This document shows, piece by piece, positions 1-9,883 of a stretch of 64,000 bases of DNA. A model generated the notes under the pieces. It was not told where the DNA came from. It did no database searches and saw only the letters and a program-made list of their open reading frames with translations. Position 1 is the first letter of the stretch. Each line of letters opens with the position of its first letter. Source of the stretch: a virus (taxonomy: Duplodnaviria; Caudoviricetes); IMG/VR virus record IMGVR_UViG_3300025608_000019, positions 1,775 through 65,774 of that record; one strand, written 5' to 3'. A program made the position numbers and the translations under genes.

Positions 1-1721
1 TAAATTTCGAATGATGAATTCTTTAAGATTTCAGATCCATCAACGTCATTTGTTTTATCGTAAACATCTCCATCAAAATCATCACTATCAGTTTTGGCTT
101 TAATATACTGTCCTTTTTTAAATTTAGCTTCATTAACGATTGATTCGGCGATACCTAATTCTTTTAAGTTGTTAACATATTCTCCAGCCTCTTCTTCGTT
201 ATCATCGTTAGAATGAGCTAATAAACCTGCAGCAATTAATCTTTTATAGATTTCAGCTTTAACTAATTCAAAATTAATAGTGTCACTTGTATTTTCCCAA
301 GTATCTTCTACAAATTCAGGATCTATCCAACCATAACCTCTTTTAATATCTTTAATCATATCTTTAAGATCCATTTCGAATCTTTTAACAGCACCTTCAG
401 TGACCGCAGCCTCTTGAACCCATGAAGATCCAGTATCTCTAAATACTATTTTATCTCCACTGTCAAATAGAACTTCGCAAGTATCATCGTCATTTACTAC
501 TGATACAACAACGCCGTAAGAAGGATAATCTTTTCCAATTTCCCAAGCTGCTGCTTCTAAAACTTTAGCTTCATTTATCTTAGCGTTAATATCAACTCTA
601 ACTTGTTCTCCTTCAAATTGAGAGTTAAACTTAGTTATAGCAGCTTGACCCATTGCTTCTTGTTTAATTTGCTCTAAATATAATGCAGTACCTTCAACAA
701 TTCCTTGTCCTCCCCATCCAGCAGCGTTTGCTATGTCTGAGTAATATTTGTCTAATATTGATTTAATAGTTTTAGCTCCAATCTTAATAAAGTGTCCACC
801 TAATCCTGGCATTTTGATTTCTAAGGGTTGTATGTTTCCTTTAATCATTTTTCCAGTTGGTTCAGCCTCTCTATGGAAGTTTGCATCATGCATTGCTTCA
901 ATCATAAGGTATTTAACACATCCTAAAATAGATTCATTAGACATTGCTCCTAAATCTACTAATACTTTGTTAAATATTTTATTGTATACTGTAACTACTT
1001 TCTTAGCGTCTCTTTTACCTTCTACTTTAATAGATTCAGTAATAGATTCAGTTACTTTATAAGTTTTACCTTCAAATTCAAATTCTTTATCTCCAGCTTC
1101 TTTAGCCTTTCTAACAGCATCTCCGAAAGCGTTACCTTCTTCTAATCCCTGTTCTTGATTTTGTTTTTGAGCGTATGCTTCAGCCTCTTCTTTAGTTTCG
1201 AAACATTTTACTTGAACATCTCCTTCCCAAACTGACCATGGAGTTCCTTCTTCTTCACAAGGTTTAACTTCATATTTGTCATTTGGATTATCTGAATGAT
1301 CTTCAGTTACTTTGTAAGTTTTACCTTCAAATTCAAATTCTTTATCTCCAGCTTCTTTAGCCTTTCTAACAGCATCTCCGAAAGCATTACCTTCAGATAC
1401 GTCTGATTTTGTAGTTACTTTATAGCTTTTACCGTTAAATTCAAATTCTTCTCTATCTTCTGCGATAGCCTTTGCTCTTGCACCTAAAAACGCGTTTCTT
1501 TCATTTAATTCTTTTCCTAATATTTTAGAAATTAAATTGTTTTGAGTTTCTTCATCTAACTCATCATAAGATGTGATTCCCATCTCGTCTAAAATTGACT
1601 CAAATTTTTGAGCTAATTCCTTTCTTTTGATTTGATTCTCTTCTCTGATTTTAGAGGCATTTTGTTGAGTTCTAACTTCAGTAAAAGATTTAAATGAGTT
1701 TATTCTGTTCATTTCAGCCAT
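1..1721 (-). CDS. Modular head-internal/prohead-core-like protein, truncated at the left window edge
   Basis: ATG at 1721 (MAEMNRINSFKSFTE...); the frame was open wherever I translated it and runs off position 1. Repeated EGNAFGDAVRKAKEAGDKEFEFEGKTYKVTE modules, many (L/V/I)xE motifs (LNE, VSE, VTE, INE), GATATATA box upstream. Absent from the ORF track, probably because it lacks a stop in the window. Confidence 0.7.
   Translation of the reverse strand, partial: MAEMNRINSFKSFTEVRTQQNASKIREENQIKRKELAQKFESILDEMGITSYDELDEETQNNLISKILGKELNERNAFLGARAKAIAEDREEFEFNGKSYKVTTKSDVSEGNAFGDAVRKAKEAGDKEFEFEGKTYKVTEDHSDNPNDKYEVKPCEEEGTPWSVWEGDVQVKCFETKEEAEAYAQKQNQEQGLEEGNAFGDAVRKAKEAGDKEFEFEGKTYKVTESITESIKVEGKRDAKKVVTVYNKIFNKVLVDLGAMSNESILGCVKYLMIEAMHDANFHREAEPTGKMIKGNIQPLEIKMPGLGGHFIKIGAKTIKSILDKYYSDIANAAGWGGQGIVEGTALYLEQIKQEAMGQAAITKFNSQFEGEQVRVDINAKINEAKVLEAAAWEIGKDYPSYGVVVSVVNDDDTCEVLFDSGDKIVFRDTGSSWVQEAAVTEGAVKRFEMDLKDMIKDIKRGYGWIDPEFVEDTWENTSDTINFELVKAEIYKRLIAAGLLAHSNDDNEEEAGEYVNNLKELGIAESIVNEAKFKKGQYIKAKTDSDDFDGDVYDKTNDVDGSEILKNSSFEI
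1049..1394 (-). repeat. 91-bp near-identical direct repeat (1049-1139 and 1304-1394) inside the CDS
   Basis: Copies differ at 2 positions and are 255 bp (85 codons) apart; a degenerate third module lies at about 1410-1505. Confidence 0.9.
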
Positions 1722-1753
1722 TTTGTTTATATTTTTTTATTATGTTAATATAA

Positions 1754-3262
1754 CTATATATCACCGTCAAATTCGACTTTCTTCACAGTGAAGTCGAATT
1801 TTTCTTGTTTGTATATTCCTTGTCTTACTTTTCCGTGTTTAAATAGATAATTGTCCCATTCTTCGGTTCTAATGTCATCAACAAAATCTATAATTAATAC
1901 CTTACTTTTAGATTCATGTTGTCTCAATCCACGACCAATAGATTGCCTAATTATTACTTCCGATTTAAACGATTCAGTAAAGAATATGTTGTGTATTTTT
2001 TTGATCGAGATACCTGTCGAGAACGTACCAAACGAAGCGACAATAACGACTTCGTCTCCTGCTTCCATTTTCTTTTTATACTCTTCTCTAATATCAGTGT
2101 CAGTTCCACCATCAACATAGAAAACGCGCTTATTACTATCTTGGCGTAGTTTTTCGTATAGTTTTTTACCATGCTCGATCCTGTGAAAAAGAACCAAACT
2201 ATTCCTAGGTATTCTGGAAATAACGTTTGAGATAAAATTAAGACGCGGCTCATTGTTGATGACAAAATTCTGTTCAAGTGAGAATACATCTTTACTATCG
2301 TATCTGTTTTGCGCAAGCTCTTGAAATGCTTGTCTTTGGTTTTCAGTTGCATAGTTCATTTGAATAATTTTAACAGCGCATTTCGCAATATGTCCTTTTT
2401 CTTGTAAAAATGCTGCCTTTACTTCACTAATTACCGGGCCAGTTTGACTCATTAATGTTAACTTATCAAGGGTACCATCTTTTGGTATAGTTCCTGAAAG
2501 ACCAAACCTATATTGAGCGTTTGTACATTTCTGTAAGATTGTTTTAATACTGGCTCCTTTTGCTTTATGTGTTTCATCTACAATGACTGCATCGAATTCA
2601 GCAAAATAATCAGCTGTTTTTTTAATTAATGATTGATATGTACCAATAACTATGTTTTTGTTAGATTTAATTTTTTGTCCTGCGAATATTTGTTGAATTC
2701 TTAGGTCAACTCTATTCATGTAATTATAATCATGAAAATCTTCATGTGCCTGTACCACTAAAGAAACATTAGGTACAATAAACAGTATTTTCTGTGCTTT
2801 TTGTTTTTCAAGCATGTATGCTACTGTTAGAAAACTTATTAGCGTTTTACCAGCAGAAGTAGCGAGCTCTGCAAGGCATTTTCTAAATTTAAGAATATTA
2901 AATGCAGTTTCTACTTGATAATCTCTTGGAGTCATTTTAGAACCTTTAAAAAGATCTAATGCCCATGCCTCAAAAGATTCTGCATTTATATTAGGATCAA
3001 TAAGTCTTTTAATACCATTGATTTTTAATTCGTACTTATATTCTTTACAAACATTCATGACATATTGCCATAAACCAGCAGGAATCCATTTATCATCTTT
3101 AATATAAGACACATATCCATCCCATACCCCTCGTTTGACTAATGGATTAAACCTCCAAGAGTCAATACGTTTGGTTAGTGATATTCTTATCTGCTCTAAC
3201 TCTAGTTCAGTACATTCATCAATCCTTAAGAATTGATTGTCTTCCGTTAATGTTAGTATCAA
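1754..3262 (-). CDS. uvsW: UvsW-like SF2 DNA helicase
   Basis: PRDYQ Q-motif, ATSAGKT Walker A, IVDETH, SGT, FGTFSTGISI, QSIGRGLR; adjacent to UvsY as in T4-like phages. Start codon is TTG. Confidence 0.93.
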   Translation of the reverse strand: MILTLTEDNQFLRIDECTELELEQIRISLTKRIDSWRFNPLVKRGVWDGYVSYIKDDKWIPAGLWQYVMNVCKEYKYELKINGIKRLIDPNINAESFEAWALDLFKGSKMTPRDYQVETAFNILKFRKCLAELATSAGKTLISFLTVAYMLEKQKAQKILFIVPNVSLVVQAHEDFHDYNYMNRVDLRIQQIFAGQKIKSNKNIVIGTYQSLIKKTADYFAEFDAVIVDETHKAKGASIKTILQKCTNAQYRFGLSGTIPKDGTLDKLTLMSQTGPVISEVKAAFLQEKGHIAKCAVKIIQMNYATENQRQAFQELAQNRYDSKDVFSLEQNFVINNEPRLNFISNVISRIPRNSLVLFHRIEHGKKLYEKLRQDSNKRVFYVDGGTDTDIREEYKKKMEAGDEVVIVASFGTFSTGISIKKIHNIFFTESFKSEVIIRQSIGRGLRQHESKSKVLIIDFVDDIRTEEWDNYLFKHGKVRQGIYKQEKFDFTVKKVEFDGDI

Positions 3263-3279
3263 ATTTCATAATACTATTT

Positions 3280-3708
3280 TTATAGTCTTGAAATATCGAG
3301 GCGATTCTTTATTGCAAAGCCCATATTGTCAAGCGTTTTTACTGATCCCTCAATAAAACCTTTTTGAGTTTGCAATAACTCAAGGATATGCGAATCATCA
3401 GATATATCTGCTTCGACAAATCTTTCGCGCTGTTTATCTGTAAGTTTATAATCGAAGCTATAATATTCAATCCACTTTTCTTTATACTTTTTATCTATTG
3501 TTGATTTTTGAGATTTTATTTTATTTCCCATAGTTGCCAACAATTCTACTAAAACCTGTCTATAACTTAAAGTATATGCACTCACTTCTTCTAGATTAGT
3601 ACCTAGTTTAAGGTCTTCGGTTAATCCCTTGATTTTTAAAGTCCAATCTTCTCTTTGCTTGCTTAAATATTCATCAAGCTGTATAATTCTTTCTTTTATT
3701 TCTGCCAT
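3280..3708 (-). CDS. uvsY: UvsY-like recombination mediator
   Basis: 142 aa helical protein ending in KTLDNMGFAIKNRLD (UvsY-type F.IKN motif); adjacent to uvsW. Confidence 0.75.
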   Translation of the reverse strand: MAEIKERIIQLDEYLSKQREDWTLKIKGLTEDLKLGTNLEEVSAYTLSYRQVLVELLATMGNKIKSQKSTIDKKYKEKWIEYYSFDYKLTDKQRERFVEADISDDSHILELLQTQKGFIEGSVKTLDNMGFAIKNRLDISRL

Positions 3709-3719
3709 GTAGATTAAGT

Positions 3720-3938
3720 TTAAAAAAGTGAGTTAGTGTTTTTATTGTCTTTAATATATACGCTACTTTTGAATTTGTTTTTAAACTTAGGTGAACTAAA
3801 TTCAATACTTTTTTCGCTGTACTCTATGTTAGATATACCGAAATCAATCAAAAGCTTTAAGTTTCTTTTTCTTTCGCTCTCGTTTTCAAATTCTTCGAAT
3901 CCTTCTTCGATCATTTCTAAAAATTCTTTTTTTATCAT
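3720..3938 (-). CDS. Hypothetical protein
   Basis: 72 aa; ATGA overlap with the primase stop; fills the gap between primase and uvsY. Confidence 0.6.
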   Translation of the reverse strand: MIKKEFLEMIEEGFEEFENESERKRNLKLLIDFGISNIEYSEKSIEFSSPKFKNKFKSSVYIKDNKNTNSLF

Positions 3939-5062
3939 AAGTGGTATGCGTCAAGCTTCGAGTCGCTAAAGTACTCATTAATATTACTAAGACATTTATT
4001 CTTAGTTAACCATGCTGCAATGACTAAGTCATTTAGATCACCTATTTGTTTAGGATATTTATCTCTTTCATTTTTGTCAATACCCGAAAGATACTTATCC
4101 CAATCAATATCAATCTTTGTTTCTTTAAAGAATTTCTGCCAAATAAATATCTTCTTACCTCTTTTTAATTTTTGCATCATCTTCATTTTACCAGTAGTAT
4201 CATTATCAAACATATACCTGATGGTTGGAATTTCATCAAACTCTTCGGTAGATCGAGTCGCTGTTGCTAATCCAATTGAATTGTTAATAAACATAGCATC
4301 AATAGGTCCTTCAAACATCGTTACATCTCTTTGAAAATCTACCATCATAATACCGAAAAGAGTTGATATCTTTTTAATACTTACCAGTGCATTTTCATCA
4401 ACTTCTAGGACCTTTCCCTGTTCTTGGTATATCTTATCAAGATCATATGTTAAGTATCTAGAGTTGCTCCTCTTACTAAGAGAACGTGTTTGAAACCCAA
4501 TTACTTTATTTTCTGGAGCTCTATTAAGAACAACAAGTCTCCTGTCTTTTGGAGAATACATAAAGTTTTCTAGTTTATTTGAAAGCAATCTATTTCTTAA
4601 ATAAAAGAATGCGGAGTCTCCAACTTCAATGTCTTTAAATCCAAAACTCTTTTTTAATTCAGATCTTGTTGGAGCTAAATCAAATGTGGTTTTAAATACA
4701 TCGTGTTGTAATACTTCAATGTCGTTTACTGATAATTTATGCTCTTGAATATAATCAATTATTTGAATAGAGTCATCAGTACTATTTAATTTAATGTGAG
4801 AATCTTTAAGTAATTGATAAACATTAGAGTGAACACTACAATTAAAACAATGGTATTGTAGGGTATCCCAATACAAGTTTCCACGTTTCTTGTTATGATC
4901 AGTATGGCTATCACCACAATAAGGGCATGCCAGGGTTATTCGCCCTGGCATTTCCTTTATCATTTGTTTGTTAGGCTCAGTATGTTGCTTAACAACTACT
5001 TGCTTAACTAAGCTTCTGATTTTAGATTTTAATTCTTCTGTTATCTTAGATGTCGAGGTCAT
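3935..5062 (-). CDS. DNA primase (T4 gp61-like)
   Basis: Zn-binding CPYCGDS...YHCFNC; TOPRIM motifs FEGPIDAMF and FDND. Confidence 0.9.
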   Translation of the reverse strand: MTSTSKITEELKSKIRSLVKQVVVKQHTEPNKQMIKEMPGRITLACPYCGDSHTDHNKKRGNLYWDTLQYHCFNCSVHSNVYQLLKDSHIKLNSTDDSIQIIDYIQEHKLSVNDIEVLQHDVFKTTFDLAPTRSELKKSFGFKDIEVGDSAFFYLRNRLLSNKLENFMYSPKDRRLVVLNRAPENKVIGFQTRSLSKRSNSRYLTYDLDKIYQEQGKVLEVDENALVSIKKISTLFGIMMVDFQRDVTMFEGPIDAMFINNSIGLATATRSTEEFDEIPTIRYMFDNDTTGKMKMMQKLKRGKKIFIWQKFFKETKIDIDWDKYLSGIDKNERDKYPKQIGDLNDLVIAAWLTKNKCLSNINEYFSDSKLDAYHL

Positions 5063-5954
5063 TCAAGAAAGAATCAAGATCATCACTACTGTCTACGTTT
5101 GAAGTTGTTGTGCTTCCAGTTTCTGCAACTGCTTCTGCTACCGGAGTAGGAGTTTTAACAGGTGCTTTCTTTACTGCTGGTTTAGAGACTACCGTGTTAA
5201 TTGAATCACCTGGATTCAAGTAGTTTCTTAAGATACCATTAACAAAATCTCTTGTTTCTGAATCCCATGGCTTGTACTCGAACGGTGAAAGGCTTGGAGC
5301 ATTATCTAATTCTGCTTTAATAGCTGCCATACCTTCTTTAGTTCTTTCAGCTGGAGTTCCCGATAAATCGATTGCACTAGTTGAAGATGAGAATTTTGCA
5401 GTATCATAGTTATTGTATTCTCCTTGACGAGTAATTACTAATTCAAAGTTCTTACCTGCAAAAAGATCAAATACTTGAGTTGGTTCACCAAAGTTTGGCT
5501 TCAATTCTGCGTCGATTTTCTCTTTAATTTTATATCCAAATTTGAAGATTTTGTATTGTCCTTCAAAGTCTGGATTCTGTGGATCTTTAATAACTTTAAC
5601 TAGTGCAAAGTACTGCTCACGTCTTTTAAGCTTGTCGCTCATTTTACGGTCTACAGCTGAATCACTTTTACGTAGTTTAAAGAATACGTCCGCGATAGGG
5701 CAACTTTCGCCAACAGTTGATGGTGAATCCACCATTTTACCGTCTCCGCTTGAGTTTGTCAACCAATGTACGTACTTTTTTACTAAAGAGTTTCTTGGGT
5801 TTGCTGGATTTGGTACAAAACGAATTAATGCTTTGTAAGTTCCATCTTTGCCTTGATCGGCTGATGGTTTGTACATATCACCACCAGTTGATGCTTGTAC
5901 TTCGTGTGTTTCGACGTCGTTTACGCCTAAGTTAAAAATGTCAAATTCTGCCAT
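5046..5954 (-). CDS. gp32: Single-stranded DNA-binding protein (T4 gp32-like)
   Basis: ALIRFVP, DSPST.GE.CPI, KRREQYFALVKVIKDP.NPD.EG..KIFKFG.KI, VFDLFAGKNF, YNNYD; acidic tail DDLDSFLNDLDI. Confidence 0.92.
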   Translation of the reverse strand: MAEFDIFNLGVNDVETHEVQASTGGDMYKPSADQGKDGTYKALIRFVPNPANPRNSLVKKYVHWLTNSSGDGKMVDSPSTVGESCPIADVFFKLRKSDSAVDRKMSDKLKRREQYFALVKVIKDPQNPDFEGQYKIFKFGYKIKEKIDAELKPNFGEPTQVFDLFAGKNFELVITRQGEYNNYDTAKFSSSTSAIDLSGTPAERTKEGMAAIKAELDNAPSLSPFEYKPWDSETRDFVNGILRNYLNPGDSINTVVSKPAVKKAPVKTPTPVAEAVAETGSTTTSNVDSSDDLDSFLNDLDI

Positions 5955-6204
5955 GTCTTTAATTTTCGTTAATTTTCTTTAAATTGTTTAATAATATTTG
6001 TTAGTCTCGTTAAGGGCCCTTTAAAAAACTTACATATGTTATATAGAGAATAAAACAATAGTTTCACTTTCTATGTAATTATATATCATTTTTATTTGGT
6101 GAGTGAAGTCTTGGAGTACCCTCTTTTTTGTTATATGAAATTAATTTGAAATCTTTTCAGTTCTTTTGAAACAAAAAGGCTCCCTTATAATATAACTAAA
6201 GTAT

Positions 6205-6861
6205 TTAAGCCTCTGGGTAAAATAGAATCCTTGCTAAGTGGTTTAAGAAGTAAGCATCTACAAGGTCATCCATTGGTTTAGGGACTTTTTTAACCTCTCC
6301 TATTTCTTCCCTACAATATTTAAGAAGCGAAGATTTTTCAAGCTCTTTGTCGTTTAAAACGTTATCTAAGAATTTTAACCAAAGTTCATCTTTCTTAAGT
6401 CTTCCATTTCCAGCATGTTTCTTAATTGTAGAAGGTGCGATTGTCATCATATCTAAGACTTCAAGCCTCGACATCATTTCCATCTTTAATATAGCGGCTC
6501 CTGCTGCCATGTCAATAATATTATTAGTACCAGCAGAAGAACCATAAGAAGAGCCTTCAAAGGCGACAACGTATTGCTCTTTAGTCTTCGTAACCGATAA
6601 AATAAAATTAATAATGTCTTCAGCGGTTTTCATGTGTCGCTGGATCTTGATCATCTCGCTTTTAGAATAATCTTCATTATTAGTCCAGTCAGGTTGATAA
6701 GTTATTTGAGTATCTTTAAGAAGATTAAGCTCTTCTTGTAGCTTTTGTTCTTTTTTAGTTCCAGTCTTTGGTTTTAAATAACCAATAAAATAGTATTTGT
6801 TACCTGAAAAGATACAGATTCCTGGAGAATTTAAAGAAAAGTCAATTGTAATAAAATTCAT
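6205..6861 (-). CDS. RuvC-like Holliday junction resolvase
   Basis: N-terminal ITIDFSLNSPG, FEGSSY, IAPSTIKKHAGNG, DDLVDAY; RuvC-type acidic catalytic residues. Confidence 0.82.
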   Translation of the reverse strand: MNFITIDFSLNSPGICIFSGNKYYFIGYLKPKTGTKKEQKLQEELNLLKDTQITYQPDWTNNEDYSKSEMIKIQRHMKTAEDIINFILSVTKTKEQYVVAFEGSSYGSSAGTNNIIDMAAGAAILKMEMMSRLEVLDMMTIAPSTIKKHAGNGRLKKDELWLKFLDNVLNDKELEKSSLLKYCREEIGEVKKVPKPMDDLVDAYFLNHLARILFYPEA

Positions 6862-7230
6862 TTAGAAAGATTTACCGATAGCAGCACCTAAAGCGGCTCC
6901 TACTAATCGTGAAGTTAACATGTCATAGAACATTCCCTTTTGGATGCCTAATACTTTAGCAATAGTTTTACCAATAGTTTTACCAAGTGCAAATCCAGTA
7001 AGTCCACCAAAAATAGATCCTAATAAACCTTCATTAGTCATTTCAAAATCAAATCTCTCTATATCATAAGATCCATCTTCGTTTTGATAATCTTTAACAA
7101 AAGATTCTAATGCAAGATCAACTTTCGTTTCTAACTCTTCAGTCCATTCAGACTGTAGCGACTCTTGAAGGACTTGAAGTTCTACTTCAGTTACGTCTTG
7201 TTCGTTAATTAATTCTAAGAATGTTTTCAT
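6862..7230 (-). CDS. Virion-internal protein: capsid-targeting-like N-terminus, acidic propiece, glycine-zipper C-terminus
   Basis: MKTFLELINE; acidic first half; after MTNE comes GLLGSIFGGLTGFALG...LVGAALGAAIG. Confidence 0.65.
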   Translation of the reverse strand: MKTFLELINEQDVTEVELQVLQESLQSEWTEELETKVDLALESFVKDYQNEDGSYDIERFDFEMTNEGLLGSIFGGLTGFALGKTIGKTIAKVLGIQKGMFYDMLTSRLVGAALGAAIGKSF

Positions 7231-7243
7231 AATGTATATATCT

Positions 7244-7795
7244 TTAATCTATTTCAAGTATTAAATTGAACTTGTTATAATAGAAGTTTAAACTAAACGT
7301 ATTAAATTCAGCAATGTTCGAACTCATATTTAATTCTAGATCAGTTATTGAGTTTAAAATAGGCTTCTCAAAAACAGCGCTCATTACATGAATTCCTTCC
7401 GCATCTAATATTTGTAATTTTAAATCATTAATAAAAGGTGCCTTTGTTGTTTTTGCATAATAATATAATAGAGTGTCTTGCATTATCCAATAGTTAATAT
7501 AACCATCTAGTAATTGCATTTCAACCGTAAACTGTCTTTCAATAGTATTCTGAATTGGTATTGATCCTCTATGGTATGTTGTAGTACCATCATTTGGCGC
7601 TTGCGATATTGGATCAAATGCAATTCCTGGCAATTGTACACCTTGAATAGCATAGTTTATAAAGTCAATTGGTTCAGTGACAAGATTCCCTGGCATCCTA
7701 TTTAAATATTTGCGATACTTATCCGCAACTTCTTTAGGAATAAAGGTTCTTGGAAACCTAAAATTAAATAAATTATTTCTACTATTAATTATCAT
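7244..7795 (-). CDS. Tail tube terminator / tube-fold protein (T4 gp3-like)
   Basis: IQGVQLPGIAFDP...FTVEMQLLDGYINYWIM pattern resembles the gp3/gp19 fold; start of the structural block. Confidence 0.55.
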   Translation of the reverse strand: MIINSRNNLFNFRFPRTFIPKEVADKYRKYLNRMPGNLVTEPIDFINYAIQGVQLPGIAFDPISQAPNDGTTTYHRGSIPIQNTIERQFTVEMQLLDGYINYWIMQDTLLYYYAKTTKAPFINDLKLQILDAEGIHVMSAVFEKPILNSITDLELNMSSNIAEFNTFSLNFYYNKFNLILEID

Positions 7796-9870
7796 TATAT
7801 GATGTTAATTTTACCGTGACATACGAGTGTTTCTGAATCTCCATTCTTTATATTAATATAGAACTTGTCTTCGAATTTGTTTGTATCGCTCTGATCAAAT
7901 CTAGTCGCAACAGCCTTCGGTATCTTAAAGAAAACTTCTCCATTTGCCATATCTACATCTGGAAATCCAGGATTATGAGATATTTGTTGTTCAATCTTAC
8001 CACTCTTAATAATAAGAATCATATTTTCAGCACCTACTAAATTAATAGCCTTTAAAGAATCTCCATCGGGTTGTGCTATGCTAAATTTAACGTTGTTATC
8101 TGAAACTTTCGAAAGCGTAACTTCAAGTTCTCCATTTTGAACGTATTTTAATTCCTCTTTAGAATTTGCTTCAGTTTCATTTAGAGTTACAGTTGTTGCT
8201 CCAGTAACTACTCCATAAATATTTACGGGAACTGGAACATATTTTGTTTCTCCAACACTTGGTCTAATAGAATTAACAAATTGATTTAATTCTCTATTGA
8301 CACTAGTATTTTGTAGTGTATTATAAACAACGGTAGGATTTAAATTACTATTGATATTTAATTTCGTCATTGATTTACCGTATTTCTTTGGTTGGTTATA
8401 TACCAATGAAGCCGTCTTAATTATCTGTGTATTATCAGTTTCATTATAAATTCTCATATTGTGTCTAATCAAGAAATTACTTGAAATACCTGAGTTAAGA
8501 ATAACTGGTCTAAATAAAAGAGCTTGATCAAATTGGCTTGTTTGCACGAACGTAGTTAAATACGTTCTAACATAACTAAGACCTAATTGTTCGCTTACTT
8601 CGATATCATGAAATACTAATATATCATCGCTTGAAGTTTGAATTCTAGTTTCAACATAATTTTCAAAAGCAGATTGTGATCCATCTTTAGTACCATATAT
8701 TTTAAAATAATCTCCATCTTCAGCCTCTTCAATGTTTGCTACGATATCTACGAATTCGTCTTCTCTAGAAATAGCTAAGTTATTATTGTCTACTACATTA
8801 ATATACTTATTCCCATTTTCTTCAACGACACTGCTAATTAAACCAAAGTCAATTTCATAATTTGAACTTGGACTAATAGAATCAATATCTCCTTGAATTC
8901 CAAAGAAACTATTTGTAAAATCATCATTTAATCCATTATCGAAAGAATGTACTAGTGAAGGCACTTTAATTTCGATATATTTAGAATATGAATCTTCTCC
9001 TAAAACAAAAGGCTGTGGATTTTGAAATTCAAAACTTGAAGAGTTTAAATAAACTGTAGAATTAAAGTAACTATATACTCCAGAGTTTCTTTTAACCTTT
9101 GTTTGAAATACAAAACCATCATATCCTCTAGCACTGAATGAATATCCAGTTCTTAAGTGTAATCTAATAGTGTCATACCATACCGCTCCGACGGTTGATG
9201 TTGGAACTACTGTTAACCCAGTTGAACTAGTTCCTTGCCAGTCTGTTGAATCTAAATAATTAAATCCATTTTCTAAAAGAGCCATTCTTGACTCCATCTC
9301 GGTAGTAACTGCGTAATATCTTCCACTTTCTCCTGGTGCTGTTTTAACATCGTTTCCAGTTTGTTGAAATGGAACCGAATATAAAGAGTTAGCTTTATTT
9401 CCAATTTGAATTTCTCCACCGTTCATTTGAGTACCTGCTAGATCTGTATATTCATAGCTATTTGTACCATTTGTTGTTGGTGTATATGTATAAATTGTTC
9501 CAGCAGAATTTAAAGAACCTGCTCCTCCTGGAATAACAAAACCAGCAGGATTATCTATTGTAGCATCCGTTAAATTAAACTTATATGTTTTACCATTCTT
9601 AAGAATTAATTGACGAGCTGCAAAATTATTTATGTAAACGTAGTTTGCTGCTATTTCAACAGTAAACTCTACAACATCAGCCCCGAGTTCGTGTATTAAA
9701 AACCTTGAAGCACTATTATCACCAGCGACAGTATTTAAATATTTTAACTGACTTCCATTATTATCATTTTCTATTTTAACGTCATCTAGATTAGATGCGT
9801 CCTGATCGTGATAGATAAATTCTAATAGAATATCTTCGTCGATTTTTGCGAACTTTGATGATTGTGCCAT
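7795..9870 (-). CDS. Putative tail/virion structural protein (691 aa)
   Basis: Beta-rich, G/T/N-rich; translationally coupled to the gp3-like gene; no family recognised. Confidence 0.55.
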   Translation of the reverse strand: MAQSSKFAKIDEDILLEFIYHDQDASNLDDVKIENDNNGSQLKYLNTVAGDNSASRFLIHELGADVVEFTVEIAANYVYINNFAARQLILKNGKTYKFNLTDATIDNPAGFVIPGGAGSLNSAGTIYTYTPTTNGTNSYEYTDLAGTQMNGGEIQIGNKANSLYSVPFQQTGNDVKTAPGESGRYYAVTTEMESRMALLENGFNYLDSTDWQGTSSTGLTVVPTSTVGAVWYDTIRLHLRTGYSFSARGYDGFVFQTKVKRNSGVYSYFNSTVYLNSSSFEFQNPQPFVLGEDSYSKYIEIKVPSLVHSFDNGLNDDFTNSFFGIQGDIDSISPSSNYEIDFGLISSVVEENGNKYINVVDNNNLAISREDEFVDIVANIEEAEDGDYFKIYGTKDGSQSAFENYVETRIQTSSDDILVFHDIEVSEQLGLSYVRTYLTTFVQTSQFDQALLFRPVILNSGISSNFLIRHNMRIYNETDNTQIIKTASLVYNQPKKYGKSMTKLNINSNLNPTVVYNTLQNTSVNRELNQFVNSIRPSVGETKYVPVPVNIYGVVTGATTVTLNETEANSKEELKYVQNGELEVTLSKVSDNNVKFSIAQPDGDSLKAINLVGAENMILIIKSGKIEQQISHNPGFPDVDMANGEVFFKIPKAVATRFDQSDTNKFEDKFYINIKNGDSETLVCHGKINII

Positions 9871-9883
9871 TTCTTACTTTATT

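Noticed and set aside
3260-3269. Out-of-frame ATG 7 nt upstream of the uvsW TTG start (possible frameshift or sequencing indel)
   Set aside because: A TTG start gives a complete helicase and there is no slippery-site evidence; it cannot be resolved without reads or homologue alignment.
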